Source: an uncultured delta proteobacterium
GTDB taxonomy: Bacteria > Desulfobacterota > Binatia > Binatales > Binataceae
NCBI GenBank assembly: GCA_963842085.1
Contig: CAWJET010000001.1
Location: forward strand, 3,136,001-3,200,000
DNA length: 64,000 nt
Direction of reading: 5' to 3'
The notes below the pieces were generated by a model that was given only the letters and a program-made list of their open reading frames with translations, did not search any database and was not told where the DNA came from. Each line of letters opens with the position of its first letter. Positions within the stretch are counted from its first letter, which is position 1. This document shows positions 39,518 through 48,971 of the stretch, piece after piece. The position numbers were made by a program, and so were the translations under genes.

Positions 39518-39647
39518 TTGTGAAGAGAGAGGTGAGCGCTCTTGCCTAACCGCTTCTTCTCCGAGGAGAGGCTAGGAGGTGGCGTACCTCGGGTTGGTGG
39601 TATCTGATAGCATTGGGTAAAGGTTTTTCTGCGATTGAGGTAAAAAT

Positions 39648-40943
39648 CTGGCTAAGTCGTACGACGTTGCCCACGAGCATCACGAGAGCGCTGTCCTGGT
39701 CGGGATTGATCTCGGTGCCGACAACAAAGCGGGGATTGGCAGCGAAGAATCGCTCGACGAACTCAAAGCCCTGACTGAAAGCGCCGGCGCGGGAGTTGCC
39801 GGAGTTGTTCGGCAGCGCTTGAAGGCGCCTGATCCGCGCACGTTTGTCGGCAAGGGCAAAGCGGCCGAAGTGCGCGAACTGGCGCATGCGAAGGGCGCGT
39901 CGCTGGCGATTTTCGACGACGCGCTCAGCCCCGCGCAGGCGCGCAATCTCGAAAACGAACTGAAGATTCGCGTGATCGATCGCAGCCAGTTGATTCTCGA
40001 CATTTTCGCGCAGCGCGCGCATACGCTCGAGGGCAAGCTGCAGGTCGAGATCGCGCAGCTCAGCTACCTGCAGCCGCGGCTGACGCGCCAGTGGTCGCAT
40101 CTTTCGCGCGTTCGCGGCGGTGGCGCGGGCGGCGGCGGCGTGGGCACGCGCGGACCCGGCGAAACGCAGCTTGAAGTTGACCGGCGGCGGTTGCGCGAGC
40201 GGCTCACCCGGCTCAAAGCGCGGCTGGGCGAGGTCGAGCGCACGCGCACGATTCAGCGCCGGCGCCGTCTCGAGGTTCCATTTCCGACCGTCGCGCTGGT
40301 GGGTTACACGAACTCGGGCAAGTCGACGCTGATGAATGCGCTGACGGCAGCCGGCGTCGAAGTCGCCGATCGCCCGTTCTCGACGCTCGATCCCACGATT
40401 CGGCGCCTAAAGCTGCCCGGCGGTATGAACGTCATGCTCGTCGATACGGTCGGATTTATCCATCGCCTGCCTCATATGCTGATCGACGCGTTCAAGGCCA
40501 CGCTCGAGGAGGTGCGCACGGCGACGATGCTGCTGCACGTCGTCGATGCGAGCTCGCCGCTGGCGGCCGAAAGGATGACGATTGTCGACGAAGTGCTGCA
40601 GGAAATCGGCGCGGGCGCCGCGCCGCGTATCGTCGTCATGAACAAAACTGACCTCGCCGAGCACGGATCGAATCGTAACGGCGCGCATGACGCGGTCTCG
40701 ATCTCGGCGCTGGAAGGCGAGGGCCTTGACGAGTTGCTCGACGCGATCGAACGCCATCTAGGCGGCTCGCGCGAGGAAGTATCCGTCACCTTTCCGGCCC
40801 GGCGCGGGGACCTGGTGGCAATGGCGCGACGCGATGGAGAAGTGCTAAGCGAGGAATACCGAGACGGCCTGGTTTCGGTGCGGGCCCGCGTCAGCGCGCC
40901 CGTTGCCGGGCGCCTGCGCAAGGCTGCGCACGCCGCAATCTGA
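39648..40943 (+). CDS. hflX: GTPase HflX (apparent CTG start)
   Basis: HflX N-terminal AVLVG..SLDELKALTESAG is in frame upstream of the TTG at 39819; GYTNSGKST, DTVGF, NKTD motifs; in-frame stop at 39636. Confidence 0.95.
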   Translation: MAKSYDVAHEHHESAVLVGIDLGADNKAGIGSEESLDELKALTESAGAGVAGVVRQRLKAPDPRTFVGKGKAAEVRELAHAKGASLAIFDDALSPAQARNLENELKIRVIDRSQLILDIFAQRAHTLEGKLQVEIAQLSYLQPRLTRQWSHLSRVRGGGAGGGGVGTRGPGETQLEVDRRRLRERLTRLKARLGEVERTRTIQRRRRLEVPFPTVALVGYTNSGKSTLMNALTAAGVEVADRPFSTLDPTIRRLKLPGGMNVMLVDTVGFIHRLPHMLIDAFKATLEEVRTATMLLHVVDASSPLAAERMTIVDEVLQEIGAGAAPRIVVMNKTDLAEHGSNRNGAHDAVSISALEGEGLDELLDAIERHLGGSREEVSVTFPARRGDLVAMARRDGEVLSEEYRDGLVSVRARVSAPVAGRLRKAAHAAI

Positions 40944-40966
40944 GCTCGGGTTGAAGCCGATTGACA

Positions 40967-41587
40967 ATGGCAGCGCCTTCACATAGTCGCCTTCAAGCGC
41001 ATCATGGCGCCGAGCCCGCGGTTTCGTACGGCCATCTGCTGAATCTGCCGAACTTCCTGACCCTGTGCCGGCTCGGCTCGATTCCGATCTTCCTGATATT
41101 TCTAACCCGCCAACGCTACACGGAGGCGCTATACGTTTTTGCGGCGGCTGCGGTGACCGACGGACTGGACGGCGCGGTCGCCAGATGGTTCGACTCGCGC
41201 ACCGAATTGGGTGCGTTTCTCGATCCGTTCGCGGACAAGCTGATGCTGGTGTCGGCGTTCGTCGTGCTGACGATCGACGGCGACTTGCCCGGATACCTGC
41301 TGAGTGTGGTCTTGATCCGCGACATCGTAATTGTTGTCGGCTACCTGATGATTTCGTTTTTCACCGGCGAACGGGTGCCGGTCCGGCCGAGCTATCTAGG
41401 CAAAATCAGCACGTTCATGCAGCTCGCGTGCGTAATTGCGGTGCTGGCGCGGGCCGGACACTACTGGCCGGGCGATTTCGACGCGCTGCTGGTGGCGACG
41501 GTCGCGGTCACTGCGGCGTCGTTCGTACATTACATGTATCGCGGGCTGGTGTGGCTGCGCTCGCGGGAGCCAGAGATGTTCGCGTAG
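40967..41587 (+). CDS. CDP-alcohol phosphatidyltransferase (PgsA-like)
   Basis: NLPNFLT..R; TDGLDGAVAR...GAFLDPFADK. Confidence 0.93.
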   Translation: MAAPSHSRLQAHHGAEPAVSYGHLLNLPNFLTLCRLGSIPIFLIFLTRQRYTEALYVFAAAAVTDGLDGAVARWFDSRTELGAFLDPFADKLMLVSAFVVLTIDGDLPGYLLSVVLIRDIVIVVGYLMISFFTGERVPVRPSYLGKISTFMQLACVIAVLARAGHYWPGDFDALLVATVAVTAASFVHYMYRGLVWLRSREPEMFA

Positions 41588-41611
41588 CAGGGGTGACCCC
41601 TGCACCCAATG
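41587..41611 (+). repeat. Short REP-like palindrome, copy 2
   Basis: GCAGGGG-TGA-CCCCTGC then ACCCAATG, at the stop codon of the pgsA-like gene. Confidence 0.5.
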
Positions 41612-41669
41612 AAAAGAAAAGATGCGGGACTTCGTCCCCGTCAGAACTCTGTGGGGCTGAAAGGCGGGC

Positions 41670-42851
41670 TCAGACAATCACTTTGGCGGCGCGGAGTTCT
41701 TCTACCTGGGTGCGTTCGATTCCGGCTTCGCGCAGGATTTCGTCGGTGTGTTCGCCGAGCTTTGGCGGCACGCGCCACATCTTCATCGGCGTTTCCGAAA
41801 ATCGAGCGCCGGGATTCACCGCGCGCACGCGGCCCGCGCTCGGATGTTCGTAGACCGAGAAGCTCTCGTTCTCGACGATTTCCGGATCCTTCAGCAGGGT
41901 TTCGTAGTTGTGGACCGGGCCGCATGGAATGTCGGCCTGCTCGAGTACGGGCAGCCATTCGGCGGTGGTTTTTTCCGGGAAGAGCCTGGCCAGGCCGCGC
42001 ATGAGATTGCGTCCACGCTCGGCGCGCTCGGTGCGATCCGAGGTCTCGGGCCACCATTCGGGATGCCCGACCGCCTCGGCCAGCCGCTTTGACTGCGCGT
42101 CGGTGAACGGAGCGATCGTGAGCCATCCGTCCTTCGTCTTGAAAGGATCGAGTGTGGTGCTCTTGGGTGCGAGATGCTTGAACTCGTCCTCGGGCAGCAG
42201 CGTGTAGCCGTAGATCGAATCGTTGGCGGTGAATGCCATCATCGCCTCGAGCATCGGGACCTTGATGTACTGGCCGACGCCGCGGGCGCGCGCCGCGTGC
42301 AGCGCACTAACCACGGACAGCGCCGCGGTCATCCCGCTTACTTTGTCCGCCAGCGCCATCTTGACCGCCGTCGGCTGGCCGGCTTTGAGGCCCTGAACGT
42401 AGGCCATGCCGGAGTAGCCCTGGATGACGGGATCGTAGGCCGGGAAATTTGCGAGGCGGCCCTTGGGCGGAAAGCCGCAAATCGAACAATAGACAACCTT
42501 GGGGTTGGCGCGGCGGATGTCGGCGTAGCCGATTCCGAGACGGTCGGCGACGCCGGGGCGATTGTTCTCGACCAGGGCGTCGGCCTTGACCGCGAGCCGG
42601 CGGACGAGGTCGCGGCCGTGCTCCTTCTTGATGTCGATGACGATGCTGCGCTTGTTGCGATTGAAGTTGAGGTACGCGGCAGTGAGGCCGCCGCGCTGTG
42701 GGCCGACGTTCCGGCGCATCGAGTCGCCCTCGGGCGGTTCGATTTTGATGACGTCGGCGCCGAGGTCGCCCAGCAACTGAGTGCAGAACGGCCCCGAAAT
42801 GACGGCGGTCAAATCAAGGATGCGAAAACCAACCAGCGGTCCATCAGCCAT
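41670..42851 (-). CDS. CaiB/BaiF class III CoA-transferase
   Basis: LGDLGADVIKIEPP.GD; NRNKRS; ENNRPG; PPKLGEHT. Confidence 0.95.
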   Translation of the reverse strand: MADGPLVGFRILDLTAVISGPFCTQLLGDLGADVIKIEPPEGDSMRRNVGPQRGGLTAAYLNFNRNKRSIVIDIKKEHGRDLVRRLAVKADALVENNRPGVADRLGIGYADIRRANPKVVYCSICGFPPKGRLANFPAYDPVIQGYSGMAYVQGLKAGQPTAVKMALADKVSGMTAALSVVSALHAARARGVGQYIKVPMLEAMMAFTANDSIYGYTLLPEDEFKHLAPKSTTLDPFKTKDGWLTIAPFTDAQSKRLAEAVGHPEWWPETSDRTERAERGRNLMRGLARLFPEKTTAEWLPVLEQADIPCGPVHNYETLLKDPEIVENESFSVYEHPSAGRVRAVNPGARFSETPMKMWRVPPKLGEHTDEILREAGIERTQVEELRAAKVIV

Positions 42852-43090
42852 GATGAAAATCCTTCAAGCGCGAGCAACGGACGCTTGGGCGTCAGAGATA
42901 CTAGCCGCGATGAAGCGGTGAGTCACGGAGCGCGGAGTCAAATGCGGTTTTGGTCAACTATCGAGCCGAAATTCCATCCGCCGCCGCAGTTCCGCTGTTT
43001 ACCCGTCGCAGTTCGTCAGATCATGACGCGAAGCCTGCTTAACCCGCGCGGGCGGGCGGCGTCAAGGCGTTTTTCAGGGAACTGGCGGCC

Positions 43091-43915
43091 TCAGTTGGCG
43101 GGAGGTTTCGGCACGCTCATGCCGAATGCCACTTTCAAGTCGTCGCCGTTGAACGGATAAACGTGGACCATCCAGCCGAACGCCTGCTTGAGGAAGTGGC
43201 CGCCCGCGGCTTCGCACGCGGAGGCGTCGGCGATTTTGCCGGTGAAACCGAAACGCCCATCGGCCAGGAAACCAAGGCGCTGGTTGATTGCCGGTGCGGA
43301 GGGGCTGGACGACACCGGCAGCATGCCGGGCATGTCGAGATGCGACGCGCCGACGTCGCCGCGCAGGACGTCGCCCAGCGTAATGCCGTTGGGCAGGCAG
43401 ATATTGGTGTGAGCGTGCCAGTGCGCCACGCTCAGCGGAATTATCGCGTCGAGCCGATCGAAGGTGTAGTCGGCAGGCGCGCTGTACATCGCGCCAACCA
43501 GCACGTAATCGCCGCTCGAATTTTTTAAGTAAAGGATCGAGCCCGGACGGGTCAGATCGGAATGGCCGATGTATTCCTCTTGCGACGCGCTGTAGTCGGT
43601 AAAATGGTAAACCTCCTGCGGAACTGTCGGCAGAAAAATCCGGAAGCCTTCCGCTAATGCTACGCGGGGATCGTGATACTTGACCAGCGCGCGGCGAAGC
43701 GTGGCAATCACGTTGCGCGCGCGCTCGATGTCTTGCGGCGTTTGCGGACGCGACGGCGTCATCACCATGTGCGCGCCCATGCCCATCTGCCCGCCCATCG
43801 CGTTGGGGGCACCGTCGTGGCCGTCCATGTCAGCCATCGCGGCCATCTCGTGCGCGAAGGCAGGTGCGTTGATCGAAAGAGCGAGCGCGACGATTAGAAG
43901 AATGAGCTTGTTCAT
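43091..43915 (-). CDS. Secreted hypothetical protein with Met/His-rich N-terminus
   Basis: Signal peptide; AHEMAAMADMDGHDG..MGMGAHM; WHAHTNIC; WMVHVY. Confidence 0.75.
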   Translation of the reverse strand: MNKLILLIVALALSINAPAFAHEMAAMADMDGHDGAPNAMGGQMGMGAHMVMTPSRPQTPQDIERARNVIATLRRALVKYHDPRVALAEGFRIFLPTVPQEVYHFTDYSASQEEYIGHSDLTRPGSILYLKNSSGDYVLVGAMYSAPADYTFDRLDAIIPLSVAHWHAHTNICLPNGITLGDVLRGDVGASHLDMPGMLPVSSSPSAPAINQRLGFLADGRFGFTGKIADASACEAAGGHFLKQAFGWMVHVYPFNGDDLKVAFGMSVPKPPAN

Positions 43916-43936
43916 GCGATACGCCGACCTACAGCT

Positions 43937-44755
43937 TCACTCGCGATCGCCCCGCAGACGTGCGTGTTTCAACGCCGGCAGTTCGCGCCGTACGCGCTCC
44001 TGATATTCGAGATCGATTGGCGCAACGACGACGCCTTCCTGATCCGCCGCGCGCGCAATGACGCGTCCCCAGGGGTCGATGATCATTGAATTGCCGTAGT
44101 CGCTGTAGCCGTAAATGTTGGGACCGAACTGCGCGGGCGCGATCACGTACGCCTGGTTCTCGATCGCGCGGGCGCGGAGCAGCGGCTCCCAGTGCGCCTC
44201 GCCTGTGGGGAAGGTGAACGCGCTCGGCACGGCGATAATTTGTGTGCCGGCAAAAGCCAGGCGGCGATAGAGTTCCGGGAAACGGAGGTCGTAACAGATG
44301 CTGAGCCCGATTGCGCCGAGCGGAGTCGCGGCGGTGACGACCTCCGCGCCGGCGAGCTTCGCATCCGACTCGCGCACCGTCACGCGGCCCGCAAGATCGA
44401 CGTCGAAGAGGTGAATCTTGCGATAGGCAGCGATCTGGCCGCCGTCGGGGCCGAGCAGCACAGAGGTGTTGTAGCATCGCGAATCGCCGGTGACCTGCTC
44501 GGTGATCGATCCGGCGATGAGGTGGATTCCCAGCTCGCGCGCGAGCCGCGACATCAGCGCCAGCGATTGACCGTCGAGCGTTTCCGCCGCCGCCGCCTGC
44601 TCATTGCGTTTGCCGCGCCAGTTGAAGACTTCGGGCAGCGCGACCAGGTTTGCACCGCGAGCAGCGCCGACGCGGACGAGCCGTTCGGCGCGTTCCAGGT
44701 TTGCCGCTTTGTCGGAGCCGGCGCTCATCTGGATTGCGGCTGCCAGGTAGGTCAT
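43937..44755 (-). CDS. Carbon-nitrogen hydrolase (Nit1/YbeM-like amidase)
   Basis: LPE, YRKIHLFD, ICYDLRFPE and RARAIENQ motifs. Confidence 0.95.
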   Translation of the reverse strand: MTYLAAAIQMSAGSDKAANLERAERLVRVGAARGANLVALPEVFNWRGKRNEQAAAAETLDGQSLALMSRLARELGIHLIAGSITEQVTGDSRCYNTSVLLGPDGGQIAAYRKIHLFDVDLAGRVTVRESDAKLAGAEVVTAATPLGAIGLSICYDLRFPELYRRLAFAGTQIIAVPSAFTFPTGEAHWEPLLRARAIENQAYVIAPAQFGPNIYGYSDYGNSMIIDPWGRVIARAADQEGVVVAPIDLEYQERVRRELPALKHARLRGDRE

Positions 44756-44797
44756 CGCGGGATTTCCCTTCGGCATTATTGCGCGTTGAGCGTCGGG

Positions 44798-45124
44798 TTA
44801 GTAGCGCGGCGTCGCCGGATCCGCGGTCTCGGACCATGCGTCGATTCCGCCTGACAGATTGAGCACGTGCGCGAAACCCATCCGCAGAAGGTACATCGCG
44901 ACCTGCGCGCTGCGGACGCCGTGATGGCATACGACGACGGTCTCGCGGTCGGGATCGAGCTCGGTCAGGCGCGAGGGAATGTCGCCCATCGGGATGTGAC
45001 TCGCGCCGGGGAATGGCGCCAGCGAAACTTCAAATGGCTCGCGCACGTCGAGGATGAAGATACGCTCGCCTTGATCGAGGCGGGCCTTGAGCGCCGCCGG
45101 TTCGATTGCGCCGATGTCAGGCAT
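44798..45124 (-). CDS. Rhodanese-like sulfurtransferase
   Basis: LDVRE; CHHGVRS; LSGGIDAW. Confidence 0.93.
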   Translation of the reverse strand: MPDIGAIEPAALKARLDQGERIFILDVREPFEVSLAPFPGASHIPMGDIPSRLTELDPDRETVVVCHHGVRSAQVAMYLLRMGFAHVLNLSGGIDAWSETADPATPRY

Positions 45125-45148
45125 CAGGCGACCGGGGCGCGCGCCGCG

Positions 45149-45661
45149 CTACTCTTTGATGTCGTTTGAAAACAGCTCGACCTTCGAGAACACCGGCAGC
45201 TCGGTGCATGAAATCGAAAATCCGAACGTGTCGCTCTGACCCGGCTGGATCGGATCGAAATGCGGCTTCTCGTTCAGGATTTTCTGTATATAGGGGTCAT
45301 CAGCCAGGCTCTCGGCATGATGGTTGTAAAGGCTCTCGCCGTGAAGCACCTTGCCGTCCTGATCCTCGAACGCGAAGTGCAGGCGGACATAGTCTATCGG
45401 CCGACCGCTGACGTTGGTTATTTTGCCCGCGATTACCAGGCTCGGCGGCATGCAGCACGAATGCATAATCACGTCGCGCGTGATTACAACTTTAAGCTGG
45501 TCGTTGGGAACGACCTGGGTCTTGGGATGATCGTAGCGAGCGTGCATGTCCGCTTCCGCTGCGGCATCCTCGCTATTCTTGAACTGGACGTGAGTGGCGG
45601 CAAAGGTAGCGCTGGCCACAGCGAAGACCAGAAAAGTCGCGATTGCGATTGGCTTTTTCAT
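45149..45661 (-). CDS. Secreted hypothetical protein (FxLYD-like Ig domain)
   Basis: Signal peptide; IAGKITNVSGRPIDYV..F.D.DG; IQPGQSDTF. Confidence 0.7.
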   Translation of the reverse strand: MKKPIAIATFLVFAVASATFAATHVQFKNSEDAAAEADMHARYDHPKTQVVPNDQLKVVITRDVIMHSCCMPPSLVIAGKITNVSGRPIDYVRLHFAFEDQDGKVLHGESLYNHHAESLADDPYIQKILNEKPHFDPIQPGQSDTFGFSISCTELPVFSKVELFSNDIKE

Positions 45662-45751
45662 GTCCTTGACCCCTGTCAGCCGATCTTGGTGCGGGGCTTC
45701 GCCAATGTCAATCTGCTAATTGAAGGCTAGTGTAGCCGTGGCAAGAATCAC

Positions 45752-46225
45752 ATGAGGGCCGCTGAACACCTGCAGTTTATGGCCAAGGCTATTGCTGAAG
45801 CCCGTCGCGCTGACGCCGAGGGTGAAGTTCCGGTCGGCGCGATCGCGGTCGCGAATGGGCAAATAGTCGGCGCAGGGCACAACCGGCCGATCGGGCTTGG
45901 CGACCCGACGGCGCATGCGGAAATTCTGGCAATCCGCGCGGCCGCCTCGACGCTCAAAACGTACCGGCTTACCGCCGTGTCGATATACGTCACGCTCGAG
46001 CCGTGCGTCATGTGCGTCGGTGCGATGCTGAATGCGCGAATTGCGCGAGTGGTGTACGGGGCGCGCGACGACAAGGCAGGCGCGCTCGGCTCGGTGTACG
46101 ATATCGGCCGAGACGGCAGGTTGAACCATCGATTGGAAGTCGTCGGCGGGGTGATGGAGTCCGAGTGCGCGGAGCTGATGCGCGGATTTTTTCGCGCGCG
46201 GCGCGGTGCGAAGAGCGCCGATTAA
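45752..46225 (+). CDS. tadA: tRNA adenosine(34) deaminase
   Basis: GEVPVGA; DPTAHAE; TLEPCVMC. Confidence 0.96.
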   Translation: MRAAEHLQFMAKAIAEARRADAEGEVPVGAIAVANGQIVGAGHNRPIGLGDPTAHAEILAIRAAASTLKTYRLTAVSIYVTLEPCVMCVGAMLNARIARVVYGARDDKAGALGSVYDIGRDGRLNHRLEVVGGVMESECAELMRGFFRARRGAKSAD

Positions 46226-46242
46226 GAGAAGCGGGCGGGGCA

Positions 46243-46584
46243 ATGGGCAACTTCAGATTCTATCGGCGCGTCTCGATCTTTCCGGGACTGTCGGTCAACG
46301 TCTCGAAATCGGGACCGAGCGTGACGGTCGGGATGCGCGGCGCGCACTTCACGTTTGGCAGCAAGGGAATTCGCAGGACGGTCGGCATCCCGGGCACCGG
46401 CATCTACTATACGTCGCACAGCGGATACCATTCGGGGGTGCATTCGGCGCACGTCGAGCAACCGATTTCTGAAAGTCAGCAGACGACGGCGCACGGGATC
46501 GCGCAGTTGATCGGGTTGATGGTCATCATCGGCGCCGTGGCGTTTGCAATCGCGCTGGTCGGCTCGATCGCCGGCCGCAAGTGA
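46243..46584 (+). CDS. DUF4236 domain protein
   Basis: FRFYRRVSIFPGLSVNVSKSGPS..G.RRTVGIPGTGIYY plus a C-terminal TM helix. Confidence 0.85.
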   Translation: MGNFRFYRRVSIFPGLSVNVSKSGPSVTVGMRGAHFTFGSKGIRRTVGIPGTGIYYTSHSGYHSGVHSAHVEQPISESQQTTAHGIAQLIGLMVIIGAVAFAIALVGSIAGRK

Positions 46585-46623
46585 TTCCGGGTGCGATCCC
46601 GAAATCTCGTCCATTCGGGAAAG

Positions 46624-47409
46624 CTACAGCGTCAGGCCGCCGTCTACGACTAATTCCGCGCCCGTGATGTATTGCGCCTCATCGGAGGCGAGAAAGAGCG
46701 CCGCGTGCGCTGCGTCCCAGGCAGTGCCCTGGCGGCCCATCGGGCAGTGCGCATCGCGCTGGTGCATGATCTTGGCGACTTCGTCGGGCGGCAGGTCGCG
46801 GTAATAGGTGCGGATGTGCGGCGTATCCATCATGCCGAGCAGGATCACGTTGCAGCGGATTTTCTTTGCGGCGTACTGGCGCGCAATGACGCGGGTCATG
46901 TGATTCAGCGCGGCCTTGGAGGTGTGATACGAGAAGTACGGCACCGGGCTCCATCTGATACTGGCGACGGAGGAGACGTTGATGATCGCGCCGCCGCGCG
47001 CCTCCATGTGCGGAATCGCATACTTGCACATCATGAAGACGCTCTTGAGATTGACCGCGTGTACGCGATCCCAGTCCTCCTCGGTGGTTGAAACGGGATC
47101 GCCGGCGATCTCGATTCCCACGTTGTTGTGAATGACGTCGATGCGGCCGAAGCGCGCAATGGTTTGATCGACAATCGCGCGGACGTCTTCCGAGCGGCTG
47201 ACGTCGGCGGCGATCGCGATTGCGCGTCCGCCCTCCGCTTCAATCGCGCGCACGGTTTCCTGCGCCGCCGCGAGATTCTGGTCCACCGCGACGATCGAGG
47301 CGCCTTCGCGCGCGAACAACATCGCGGCCGCCTTGCCGTTGCCCATGCCGTCGCCGGAGGTGCCGGCGCCGGTAACAATCGACACTCTGTCCTTGAGGCG
47401 CGTGCCCAT
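46624..47409 (-). CDS. SDR family oxidoreductase
   Basis: TGAG..GMGNG; NNVG; YHTSK. Confidence 0.93.
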   Translation of the reverse strand: MGTRLKDRVSIVTGAGTSGDGMGNGKAAAMLFAREGASIVAVDQNLAAAQETVRAIEAEGGRAIAIAADVSRSEDVRAIVDQTIARFGRIDVIHNNVGIEIAGDPVSTTEEDWDRVHAVNLKSVFMMCKYAIPHMEARGGAIINVSSVASIRWSPVPYFSYHTSKAALNHMTRVIARQYAAKKIRCNVILLGMMDTPHIRTYYRDLPPDEVAKIMHQRDAHCPMGRQGTAWDAAHAALFLASDEAQYITGAELVVDGGLTL

Positions 47410-47433
47410 AGCCTTTCTCCGATCGATATTTGT

Positions 47434-48219
47434 TCAGGCCGTGCCCGCCGGCCGCAATCCCAAAAGCCGGTCGGGCGCCTGCGGTATGGTCTTCCAAAGG
47501 TCCGGGTCGTGTCCCGTGATGATCATCGCGCCGCCGTCGCGCAGCGCGCGCAGGCGCCGTATCGACTCGAGCATCTGCTCGCGATTGTACATCGCGGTTG
47601 GCAGATGGAAGTTGTCGAGCGTGCGGCGCAGGTAGCAGGCGTCGCCGGTCATCACTATTTCTTCGGAGCCGATTCGCACGCGCAGAGATTGATGGCCAGG
47701 AGTGTGGCCGGGCGTGGGGATGCACACGACCGAACCGTCGCCGAAGACGTCGTGCTCGCCGTCGATCATTTTCACTTTGTGCCCGTGGTCGTAGTCGTGC
47801 GGATCGTAGTAAACGCTTTCGATCAGCTCGGCATTGTGGCCGGCCTCCCACTCGCGGCGCTGAATCAGCAAGGTCGCGTTAGGCAATTGCTCGTTGCCGC
47901 CGCAGTGGTCGAAATGGAGATGCGAATTGATGATGAAATCGATCTTCGACAGCGCCATGCCGAGCGACTCGAGACGCGCCGCGATCTCCTCGCCGGGCTT
48001 GAATCCCACCGTGTGATAAGGGGCGAGCCGTCCGAGGCGGCGATTCGGATCGGTTTGCGTCTCGAGGTGGAGGCCGCTGTCGAAGATCGCACGCCCTTTC
48101 GGATGCTCGATCAGATATGCAGGCACGGGCACCGTGAGGCTTCCCTTTTCGCCCGCGAGCAGAAGCGCGGCCGGAAGAGTCAACCATCCGCACGTGAACG
48201 CATAGACGTTGAGCGACAT
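47434..48219 (-). CDS. N-acyl-homoserine lactonase family MBL-fold hydrolase
   Basis: SHLHFDHCG; TPGHTPGHQS; GDACY; GHD. Confidence 0.88.
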   Translation of the reverse strand: MSLNVYAFTCGWLTLPAALLLAGEKGSLTVPVPAYLIEHPKGRAIFDSGLHLETQTDPNRRLGRLAPYHTVGFKPGEEIAARLESLGMALSKIDFIINSHLHFDHCGGNEQLPNATLLIQRREWEAGHNAELIESVYYDPHDYDHGHKVKMIDGEHDVFGDGSVVCIPTPGHTPGHQSLRVRIGSEEIVMTGDACYLRRTLDNFHLPTAMYNREQMLESIRRLRALRDGGAMIITGHDPDLWKTIPQAPDRLLGLRPAGTA

Positions 48220-48350
48220 ATAAACCTCGTCTGCGAATGCCGGCGCGCGCCGGACGAGCCGATTTACAGTCTGGCAAATTTCCCTTACACCAAACAGCGG
48301 CCCCGCGCGATCAACAGCGCCGGCGCCTAACGCTCTCGCAGGAGGTTGTC

Positions 48351-48902
48351 ATGAGCCTGGTCGCGTATCCCGATATTGCGAGCCTGCCCGAAGAAGTGCG
48401 CACTGCTATTGCGCGGGCTCCCGTTCAGCTCAACATCTTCAAGATGATGGCGAACGCCGAGACCTGTTTCATCCCGCTGACCCGGCTGGGCGGCACGATT
48501 CTCAGCCGCCAGCAGCTCGACGCGAAGTTGCGCGAGCTGGCCATCCTGATGGTCGCGAAGATCGAAGGCGGCGAGTACGAATGGATTCAGCACGTGCCAA
48601 TCGCGATTTCCGTCGGCGCGACGCCGGCGCAGGTCGATGCGCTCGAGCACGACGCGATCGATTCGCCATGCTTCAGCGAGGTCGAGCGCGCGGCGCTGCG
48701 CTTCACCGAAGAAGTCGTAAATCGCGTCAAGGCTGACGAGGGGACAGTCAGGGAACTGACGAAATTTCTGTCGCCGCGCGAAATCGTCGAACTGATCCTC
48801 GCGATCGGATTCTACATGACGATGGCGCGGCTTACGGAGACGACGCGCACCGATCTCGATCCGTCGGCCGGCACCAAAATCGTGGATGCAATCCGCCGAT
48901 GA
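48351..48902 (+). CDS. Carboxymuconolactone decarboxylase/AhpD family protein
   Basis: LDAKLRELAIL...YEWIQH; AGGAGG RBS. Confidence 0.88.
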   Translation: MSLVAYPDIASLPEEVRTAIARAPVQLNIFKMMANAETCFIPLTRLGGTILSRQQLDAKLRELAILMVAKIEGGEYEWIQHVPIAISVGATPAQVDALEHDAIDSPCFSEVERAALRFTEEVVNRVKADEGTVRELTKFLSPREIVELILAIGFYMTMARLTETTRTDLDPSAGTKIVDAIRR

Positions 48903-48971
48903 CGGAGCGTGAACTCCTGCGCGGCGCCGTATAGTTCGTCCATCGCTCGCGAGCGTGTTACATATTGAGCA

